IMG/VR virus record: IMGVR_UViG_3300005758_000037
Span: 1-64,000 of that record
From: a virus
Reading direction: 5' to 3' (one strand)
Length of the DNA stretch: 64,000 nt
In this document: positions 40,744 through 46,650 of the stretch, one piece after another
How positions within the stretch are numbered: the stretch's first letter is position 1
Layout: every line of letters begins with the position of its first letter
Translations under genes and position numbers: made by a program
Notes under the pieces: generated by a model
What the model was told of the DNA's origin: nothing
Seen by the model: only the letters and a program-made list of their open reading frames with translations
Databases searched by the model: none

Positions 40744-40973
40744 GATAAATATAGATACCTTTCTTGAATTGTTTTTTGTGCAATGCGACTGGTATCTAGT
40801 TCTACGAACTGAATAGTTACTTCCGTAATTCTCCAAAATGTAGAACCTTTTCCCCATTTAATCTTTTTATAAGATTCTTTCGCTTCATCAAAAGTAGTAA
40901 AACGTGTACCACCTTCAAACCAACTTATTCCACCAGACCAACCAGTATTATCTACCCTATAATATTTAATCAT
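40740..40973 (-). CDS. hypothetical protein (77 aa)
   Basis: ORF coupled at both ends (ATGA overlaps). Confidence 0.55.
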   Translation of the reverse strand: MIKYYRVDNTGWSGGISWFEGGTRFTTFDEAKESYKKIKWGKGSTFWRITEVTIQFVELDTSRIAQKTIQERYLYLS

Positions 40974-41947
40974 ATTGCGATCTTTCTTTCGTCCATGAAA
41001 TCATAAATATCACTAGGGTCTTTCCAGCTTCGTTTCATGTAAGCACATTGCCAATACATTTGTAGCATCTTCTGCCAAGTACCTTCCTGTTCAACACCGT
41101 GACAATCTGTATAAGCGAATGGTTGAGGATAGAGGCGCTTAAATTCACTGAACAGTACCTGCATAACGTCTTGCTCTGTTCGTGCGTCCTGAAGGGCTTT
41201 CATGGCCTTTGCTGGACCGTATTTAACTTCAGACAGATCGTAACCACAATAAGTATCGGCTGTATCACCAGCTAAGACTTGCAGTGCTAGGAACTTTAGA
41301 CCAGTACCTTTTACGGTCTGCTTGTCTTTGTACAGTTCACCAACATCTGGAATGACCTCAAGCTTCCAATCGTCTTTTTCATACAACCAGTTAAAAATCG
41401 TAACACCTTGACATTGATAGCTGTCTTTGTCAACACTACACAATACAGCTTCTCTGTTTGCGTTCAAGTACTCATATGCTCGGATAGTTACAACATCATC
41501 AACTTCATAGTCTGTTACAATTTGCGCCCCGTACTTTTTACGCATGTGATTTCTTGTTGCTTCAAGATGCACAGGTTTAATCATATCAGCACGATTGCTT
41601 TTATAGGGTTTTGGTAGTGCTAATCTATGTCTGAATGTCTCTCCACCACCTAAATAGACTTCAACATTATCACACCAAGTAAACTTCTGAATACTTTCCA
41701 TGAACTTGTTCACTGTGCTTAGTGCAATTGATACATCTACTTCCTTTTGAACATCTTCAATTTCGTAATCATCTGGATTGAATTCAAACCCTTTGTCAAT
41801 TACGAATTTCTTTAGTTCTGTACGATTCTTGAATTCTTTAGTATTGCCTGATTTTTTAATGGTAGCAATGATTGACCTTTGTTCAGCACCAGCAGCGAAT
41901 CTGTAGGCTATTAAGTCGCCATCTACGATTAGTGTTCTGTCACTCAT
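40970..41947 (-). CDS. 5'-3' exonuclease (T7 gp6-like/FEN-type)
   Basis: Motif series LIVDGDLIAYR, YKSNR, EVDDVV, SVDKDSYQ, AGDTADTYCG as in T7 gene 6-type exonucleases. Confidence 0.75.
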   Translation of the reverse strand: MSDRTLIVDGDLIAYRFAAGAEQRSIIATIKKSGNTKEFKNRTELKKFVIDKGFEFNPDDYEIEDVQKEVDVSIALSTVNKFMESIQKFTWCDNVEVYLGGGETFRHRLALPKPYKSNRADMIKPVHLEATRNHMRKKYGAQIVTDYEVDDVVTIRAYEYLNANREAVLCSVDKDSYQCQGVTIFNWLYEKDDWKLEVIPDVGELYKDKQTVKGTGLKFLALQVLAGDTADTYCGYDLSEVKYGPAKAMKALQDARTEQDVMQVLFSEFKRLYPQPFAYTDCHGVEQEGTWQKMLQMYWQCAYMKRSWKDPSDIYDFMDERKIAI

Positions 41948-42299
41948 TCTTTACACCCTTGATTAGATAAATGAATACGTCTAGACCCTTTTGTCTAGCT
42001 TGTACGATCATGTTTGCAGTACCTTTACTTTCACCATCCCATACTGCGATTAAGGCATCGGCATAGTTTGCCATTTCTGCATTGCGAATTGGACCTGCAC
42101 GTTTACCGTGTGTATTCCAGTCAGCAGGGAATCGCTTGACTGCAATATTTAAATTCTTTGCGAGAAGTTCACCAAGGTAGTCTACACCTCGTGCAGCACC
42201 GGAAACAATCTCTGTAGCTTTAAAACCAGATTTCTCATAGGCAATCTTCACAGCATTGAAGTCTGTAATTTCTCTACCACCAGCAATAATAACTTTCAT
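41940..42299 (-). CDS. SLOG-superfamily (DUF2493-like) Rossmann protein
   Basis: ATG at 42299 after the terminator and an AGGGG RBS. MKVIIAGGREITDF...IVSGAARGVDYLGE...PADW...GPIRNAEM...ALIAVWDGESKGT pattern. Confidence 0.6.
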   Translation of the reverse strand: MKVIIAGGREITDFNAVKIAYEKSGFKATEIVSGAARGVDYLGELLAKNLNIAVKRFPADWNTHGKRAGPIRNAEMANYADALIAVWDGESKGTANMIVQARQKGLDVFIYLIKGVKNE

Positions 42300-42310
42300 A
42301 ACAACCCCTA

Positions 42311-42341
42311 AAGAAAAACCCGAAGGTTTTATCCTCCGGGT
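42311..42341 (-). terminator. intrinsic terminator (minus strand)
   Basis: Reverse complement reads ACCCGGAGG-ataaaa-CCTTCGGGT followed by TTTTTCTTT. Confidence 0.7.
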
Positions 42342-42349
42342 CACTGAAA

Positions 42350-42568
42350 TTAACTACGAGCTACATCAATGGTTTCGATAATCTCATTACTCTTTTTCTT
42401 GAGGTCATCGACTTTATTGCTAACGATTGCTTTGGCTACTGCCGAAAGGATCGCTGGTTCCAAACCAGATTCTTTAGCTTCAGTTTTGATTTCTTTAATC
42501 TGTTCAGCAAGTGATTGCTCTTCAGAATAAAGACGTACTAGTTTTGCGATTGCTTCTTTCTTTTGCAT
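42350..42568 (-). CDS. GapR/DUF2312-like small DNA-binding protein (tentative)
   Basis: 72 aa. ...EEQSLAEQIKEIKTEAKESGLEPAILSAVAKAIV... parallels the ...EEKK.l.ddiKevyaEAKg.GfD.kalr.vi.lRk signature. Confidence 0.45.
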   Translation of the reverse strand: MQKKEAIAKLVRLYSEEQSLAEQIKEIKTEAKESGLEPAILSAVAKAIVSNKVDDLKKKSNEIIETIDVARS

Positions 42569-42569
42569 T

Positions 42570-42776
42570 TCAATCCTTTTTAATTACAGACTTACTCATC
42601 CATGTTAGATTCAATAGAACAACTGCAAACCAAGTATAGAAGTTATACGGAATCGCTAGGATGGGAAACAATGTATTGAGTGACCAGATCACAGCCAAGG
42701 GTCCAAACACAATGAGTAGACCCAAGAAGGCAATGAAAACTAGTGTGCTAACAATATCAGCAGTATATTTTGTCAT
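42570..42776 (-). CDS. small membrane protein
   Basis: 68 aa with two clear TM helices. Confidence 0.6.
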   Translation of the reverse strand: MTKYTADIVSTLVFIAFLGLLIVFGPLAVIWSLNTLFPILAIPYNFYTWFAVVLLNLTWMSKSVIKKD

Positions 42777-42791
42777 TTACCTTCTCCTTGA

Positions 42792-43427
42792 TTAAAAGGG
42801 CATGTCTTCTTCGTCAGCAGTTTCAGCAGCGGGTTTTGCTTTAGGTGCTTTTGCTGGCTTCTCAGCCTTTGCTGGTGCAGGAGCAGCAGAACCTTCATCG
42901 CTGAATTCATCACCGGGATTGTAATCACTTTCTTGAGCAACGTATTCGATCATGTTAGTGACTAGAACGTTCTTTAGATAGAGTGAAGCAGTGCCGTTGT
43001 TACGATCAAAACGATCAATGCTAATAGAACCAAGAGAACCATTAGCAGGTAGTTTGCTATTAGTTACATCAACTAGAGTTGAACCGACCTTTTCGAAGAC
43101 CTTGGGCTTGTATAGATCAGGAACAGGCTTGCCAGTTTTACCTAGCTCTGTTGACTTACGTAGAGTAATAACCCATACGTTCTTGCCAGCATCTTCTGGA
43201 GGTGCTACTTTGTAGATACCTTCAAAATCACTGGTTTTAACTTTCTTGACAGAGACTTTAGAATCTACGCTTTTAGCGAACTCTTCAAAGGCATCAACAG
43301 TGTCTTCATCAGCAATAGCAATAGAAGCTTTCCATTCATCTGGCTTTGGGTCTTGTCCGGGTTTTACATAAGCTTTTACTGGTTTGTTGATGCAAACATA
43401 TAGAAGCATACCTGTTAGTTTGTTCAT
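42792..43427 (-). CDS. ssb: single-stranded DNA-binding protein (T7 gp2.5-type)
   Basis: 211 aa with a low-complexity PAPAKAEKPAKAPKAKP linker and an acidic tail ending ADEEDMPF (SSB-type D-x-P-F tip). Driven by a consensus promoter. Confidence 0.7.
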   Translation of the reverse strand: MNKLTGMLLYVCINKPVKAYVKPGQDPKPDEWKASIAIADEDTVDAFEEFAKSVDSKVSVKKVKTSDFEGIYKVAPPEDAGKNVWVITLRKSTELGKTGKPVPDLYKPKVFEKVGSTLVDVTNSKLPANGSLGSISIDRFDRNNGTASLYLKNVLVTNMIEYVAQESDYNPGDEFSDEGSAAPAPAKAEKPAKAPKAKPAAETADEEDMPF

Positions 43428-43493
43428 AATTATTTCCTTTCGACTAATTATTTAAAGACTACTCTTAGAACGGTAAGAGTCAACCGAAATGAG

Positions 43494-43522
43494 ATTATAG
43501 CAAATCTCAGATTCATTGTCAA
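43494..43522 (-). promoter_or_regulatory. consensus sigma70 promoter with extended -10 (minus strand)
   Basis: Reverse complement reads TTGACA (43522-43517), 17-nt spacer, TGc-TATAAT (..43494). The leader contains the hairpin ACTCTTA-ccgttc-TAAGAGT. Confidence 0.7.
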
Positions 43523-43523
43523 G

Positions 43524-43600
43524 TGGTGGGACCAACTGGATTCGAACCAGTGACCAACCGATTATGAGTCGGCTGCTACTTACCACTGAGCTATAGTCCC
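43524..43600 (-). tRNA. tRNA with CAT anticodon (Met or Ile2)
   Basis: Sense strand GGGACTA-TA-GCTCAGTGGTAAGTAGC-A-GCCGA-CTCATAA-TCGGT-TGGTC-ACTGG-TTCGAAT-CCAGT-TGGTCCC-A-CCA. Canonical cloverleaf. Confidence 0.85.
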
Positions 43601-43606
43601 ACTTGA

Positions 43607-43960
43607 TTAAACTCGTGCAAATTTAGTAACTTGTACTTGTCGTGGCTCAACGAAGAACCATTCTTCATATTCTGAACCGTTGTATGATTCATACCAACCA
43701 TCAAACTGCACATATAGACTTTCAGTGCTAGTAAAGAACTTATATACAGACCAGTATTCCCGACCCATTTCTTCACCACCATAATTATCTACATGTTCAA
43801 AACTTACATTAGCATCAGATAGTTTCTTTCGGAAATCTGTTACTTTGTCAGAATCCCATCTGGTATTTTCAGTAAGTTCTGAATGAAAAAACTCATGAAT
43901 AATATCTGAATCTGCTTCATTTAGAAGATCGGTTACTTTTTGTTTTAAAGACATGTTCAA
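43607..43960 (-). CDS. hypothetical protein, paralogue of 43966..44463
   Basis: The C-terminal YVQFDGWYESYNGSEYEEWFFVEPRQVQVTKF aligns with YIRINCHYSSYNGNEYSNWSFVKPTEITCKVF of the neighbouring gene. Confidence 0.65.
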   Translation of the reverse strand: MNMSLKQKVTDLLNEADSDIIHEFFHSELTENTRWDSDKVTDFRKKLSDANVSFEHVDNYGGEEMGREYWSVYKFFTSTESLYVQFDGWYESYNGSEYEEWFFVEPRQVQVTKFARV

Positions 43961-43965
43961 TCCTT

Positions 43966-44463
43966 TCAGGGTTTATATGCTGAAAATACCTTGCAGGTAA
44001 TTTCTGTTGGTTTAACAAAAGACCAGTTGCTATATTCATTACCATTATAAGATGAGTAATGACAATTAATACGAATATAACCTTTTACGTCAGTTCCTTC
44101 ATATACAGCAAATACTGTATAAACAGGATATTCGCTTAGATCATATGAATCTACAAGACTATTCGTTTGACCTTGATTATACAGGTCATTGTCAAACGTA
44201 GAAGAATCATATGAAACTCTTAGATTTACGTCAGCTAGAGCAGTATTGATCTTGTCTTCGAAATCATTTTCTGGTTTGTGACCAATGAAACCAACAGCAA
44301 TATCATTTGAATTATATTTTACATACTCATTGAATGCAGTCTTAAAACGTTCATGCCATGATAGAGAATTACGAAGTTGTTTAATCTTATCTTGTGCTTC
44401 TTTTTGAATCTTAGCGATCTGTTCTTCAACAGTCAATTCAGTCGTGGATTTAGTTCGTGCCAT
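43966..44463 (-). CDS. hypothetical protein, paralogue of 43607..43960
   Basis: ATG at 44463 with an AAAGGAA RBS. Shares the C-terminal G/C.Y.SYNG.EY..W.FV.P motif. Confidence 0.65.
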   Translation of the reverse strand: MARTKSTTELTVEEQIAKIQKEAQDKIKQLRNSLSWHERFKTAFNEYVKYNSNDIAVGFIGHKPENDFEDKINTALADVNLRVSYDSSTFDNDLYNQGQTNSLVDSYDLSEYPVYTVFAVYEGTDVKGYIRINCHYSSYNGNEYSNWSFVKPTEITCKVFSAYKP

Positions 44464-45262
44464 TTTCAAGTTCCTTTCTAATGTTCTCAAACCTCATTGT
44501 ATCACACAAATCGAATACCTGAGGATAATAATCAATTGCCCAATCTCTGAACCAACCGCTACATAATGTAGTACATACTTTATCTAGTGCTTTGATGTAT
44601 GCATGTCGTACTGGATATTGCCAGTCTCTAGGTACAAGAAAACGCTCGATAGCAATGACTTGTGTTTCTTCAGCTACGCATTTGATTTTATCGTCTGTTG
44701 ACAGCTTATCCCACAAATCTTTGTCACACCATGCGCTACTTGGATCACGCTGAAGTTGAGTATACAACGGTTTGTCGTGATATGCAACAAGTTCGTGCAA
44801 ATAATCATGATTATATTTCTTAGTCACATAATCATCAAAGAAATCGTCAACTGACTTTTTCAAACTAGGGTGACCTTGTGGAAATTCTTTCATTGTCATT
44901 TCAATGCGTTGCTGCAAAAATCCTTTATCTGCAACAGACAGGTTGATACACTTGTATTTTTCAGGAATGTATTTGTGATAGTGCGTGATGTGTTTCTGAA
45001 AGCTCAGATTACGCCACAAATGACTACGTTTGATAATTGACAAACCACGCAAATTCATTACGTTTAGTTCATGACCATTGAAGTTTACTTTATGATGTGA
45101 ACCATAATAAAATGCAAGTTTAGCATTATTCAGAAATTTAGGATCGTGCCATTCAGAACCTTCGATTGGTTCATCACTGATGATATCCCAATCAGTAGTA
45201 TCCTTGATTTTTAATTCAGGATTCCAATATGCTAATGCTCGTGAACCAATCAAAACTTTCAT
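44450..45262 (-). CDS. hypothetical protein with possible minimal nucleotidyltransferase motif
   Basis: ATG at 45262 with an AAGGAAAG RBS; the longer ORF-track start runs into a tRNA-like gene. The N-terminal MKVLIGSRALAYWNPELKIKDTTDWDIISD resembles hG[GS]-x(n)-D-x-D of Pol-beta-type NTases. Lies immediately 3' of the tRNA island. Confidence 0.6.
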   Translation of the reverse strand: MKVLIGSRALAYWNPELKIKDTTDWDIISDEPIEGSEWHDPKFLNNAKLAFYYGSHHKVNFNGHELNVMNLRGLSIIKRSHLWRNLSFQKHITHYHKYIPEKYKCINLSVADKGFLQQRIEMTMKEFPQGHPSLKKSVDDFFDDYVTKKYNHDYLHELVAYHDKPLYTQLQRDPSSAWCDKDLWDKLSTDDKIKCVAEETQVIAIERFLVPRDWQYPVRHAYIKALDKVCTTLCSGWFRDWAIDYYPQVFDLCDTMRFENIRKELENGTN

Positions 45263-45275
45263 GACTTTCCTTATT

Positions 45276-45358
45276 TGGTGTGTATTACGGGATTCGAACC
45301 CGCATCTCAAGGTCATTAGCCCTGCGTCATGATGCCCTAACATTTAGACCAAATACAC
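45276..45358 (-). tRNA. non-canonical tRNA-like gene 1 (isotype unresolved; possible AAT anticodon)
   Basis: Sense strand has a perfect 7-bp acceptor GTGTATT/AATACAC, T-arm GCGGG-TTCGAAT-CCCGT and A + CCA. The D/anticodon region is about 6-7 nt too long. Candidate arm: CAGGG-CTAATGA-CCTTG. Confidence 0.5.
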
Positions 45359-45391
45359 GTTGTTCAATATACTGAAGTGTACCACTGAAAT

Positions 45392-45465
45392 TGGTGGATA
45401 GTAGCGGAGTCGAACCGCTGACAAGGTTATTCACCTCCTGTTAGCCATTTACACAGTCACTACCC
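45392..45465 (-). tRNA. non-canonical tRNA-like gene 2 (G3-U70 acceptor, AGGAGGTGA in place of anticodon arm)
   Basis: Sense strand GGGTAGT-GA-CTGT-GTAAATGGCTA-ACAG-GAGGTGAATAACCTTGTC-AGCGG-TTCGACT-CCGCT-ACTATCC-A-CCA. The acceptor, D and T arms are canonical. The anticodon arm is reduced to a 3-4 bp stem, or a 5-bp stem with an 11-nt loop. Confidence 0.5.
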
Positions 45466-45906
45466 AATATACTTCAAGATACTACCACGGCATTTTCTGC
45501 TGTGTTTCAAGCAACATTACCATGTCTACCCATTGTGCATGTAGTATCTTGAAGTATATCACCAGTCCCTAAACTGGATCAATACTGTCTTGTTACATCC
45601 GGGCGACGACCCTTTGGCCTTTGAACTCCGCAGTGTACCACGCCATCAGCACATCTGTTTTTCCAATCCATTCCGCTACGCAGTTTGGGTTTGACGGGGC
45701 TTACACCCGCCTCGCTTGAAGTGTGCCGCTAACTCTAGGGATGTGAGCAACAGGCATAAGCGGGATTACTTATAGGTGCTGGTTACGTTCTCCAGCTTGA
45801 TATTTCGTCATCAACGTAGCAAATACGCTATTCTAAGTACCTTTCGGTTGCCAGCTACGGCTCTTAGTGAAGAATAGCATCACCGTTCCCATCCCGAATG
45901 GGTTCT
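45466..45906 (-). ncRNA. candidate structured stable RNA(s) embedded in tRNA island
   Basis: No ORF of 60 aa or more in any frame between 45344 and 46071. Visibly more G+C-rich than its surroundings. Multiple helices, including ACC-GAAA-GGT (GNRA loop), an 8-bp stem GCTATTCT/AGAATAGC and a 19-bp perfect inverted repeat. Flanked by tRNA genes on the same strand. Confidence 0.4.
45467..45559. repeat. 19-bp perfect inverted repeat with 55-nt spacer
   Basis: atatacttcaagatactac (45467-45485) and gtagtatcttgaagtatat (45541-45559). Confidence 0.9.
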
Positions 45907-45981
45907 TGGTGCGACTAGATGGAATCGAACCACCATTCAGTGCTTAGAAGGCACTTGCATTCTCCGTTATACTATAGTCGC
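45907..45981 (-). tRNA. tRNA-Arg (anticodon TCT)
   Basis: Sense strand GCGACTA-TA-GTAT-AACGGAGA-ATGC-A-AGTGC-CTTCTAA-GCACT-GAAT-GGTGG-TTCGATT-CCATC-TAGTCGC-A-CCA. Confidence 0.85.
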
Positions 45982-45988
45982 AATATTC

Positions 45989-46066
45989 TGGTACGAGAGG
46001 ACGGATTCGAACCGACACTTTAATGATTTTAAGTCATTTGCCTACTACCTATTGGGCTACTCTCGC
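45989..46066 (-). tRNA. tRNA with TAA anticodon (Leu codons UUA/UUG) but short variable arm
   Basis: Sense strand GCGAGAG-TA-GCC-CAATAGGTAGTA-GGC-A-AATGA-CTTAAAA-TCATT-AAAGT-GTCGG-TTCGAAT-CCGTC-CTCTCGT-A-CCA. Class I shape with one T-T mismatch in the T stem. Confidence 0.7.
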
Positions 46067-46076
46067 AATACTTGGA

Positions 46077-46247
46077 TTATACCTCAGAATCTTCTTTCTT
46101 GTCAACCTCTCTCAAAATATTTTCTTTGATGTTTAGTCGAGCAATTAAATTCAGATCACTCTTTGGCATGCTCATGCTAGAACGTAGTATACCATGTTCA
46201 TCCCATTGTTGCAAAGTTTTATATTCATCGTTGTATTTATACAACAT
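46077..46247 (-). CDS. hypothetical protein (56 aa)
   Basis: ATG at 46247, two nt after the upstream stop. Last ORF before the tRNA island. Confidence 0.5.
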   Translation of the reverse strand: MLYKYNDEYKTLQQWDEHGILRSSMSMPKSDLNLIARLNIKENILREVDKKEDSEV

Positions 46248-46248
46248 A

Positions 46249-46452
46249 TTAGAATTCCTTTTCGCATTGATAATTCCAACCACCTACATCCCAAGTGTTA
46301 AATGTAGATTTTGAAATCTTTATCACATGTCCGGGTAATACCTTGGATGTACCAGAAAACCACTCTTCCTCAAAAGCACAAGACATGGAAGCTAACCAAT
46401 GTTCATGTTCCAATTCGTAGAACCACCAAGGTAATGCATTGTTCCAACTCAC
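46249..46452 (-). CDS. hypothetical protein (67 aa, Trp-rich)
   Basis: Tightly packed ORF whose start overlaps the upstream stop. Confidence 0.55.
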   Translation of the reverse strand: MSWNNALPWWFYELEHEHWLASMSCAFEEEWFSGTSKVLPGHVIKISKSTFNTWDVGGWNYQCEKEF

Positions 46453-46649
46453 TATGCTATCCTTTCAATTATATGAAAATCAGTTTCCACAAATTGACCA
46501 ACTTCAAGTTTTAAAACATGATCCCTGAAAAACCATGATGTGTCCATTGTAGAGTTTGGAATTTGATTTTTACAAGTTAACCAATCTGGTGCATCTTCTT
46601 CAGAAAACATAATTACTTTATCAAGAAAATGCGTTGCCTTAAATATCAT
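46452..46649 (-). CDS. hypothetical protein (65 aa)
   Basis: ATG at 46649 just after the polymerase stop, preceded by GGGGG. Confidence 0.55.
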   Translation of the reverse strand: MIFKATHFLDKVIMFSEEDAPDWLTCKNQIPNSTMDTSWFFRDHVLKLEVGQFVETDFHIIERIA

Positions 46650-46650
46650 A

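Noticed and set aside
45392-45465. Small ORF (TTG start, 27 codons) downstream of the AGGAGGTGA sequence
   Set aside because: It would run through the T-arm, CCA end and intergenic spacer into the next tRNA-like gene, with no coding features. The tRNA-like fold explains the sequence better. The SD-like nonamer is reported as a finding instead.
45466-45906. tmRNA, RNase P RNA or group I intron identity for the ORF-free region
   Set aside because: I looked for the hallmark strings: a tmRNA 5' GGGGCTGATTCTGGATTCGAC-type start and an ...ALAA-stop tag frame, RNase P GGAAAGTCCGGGC and AGGGTGAAA-type boxes, and known tRNA-intron cores. I found none. There is also no split tRNA whose halves flank the region. 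It therefore remains an unassigned candidate RNA rather than being named.
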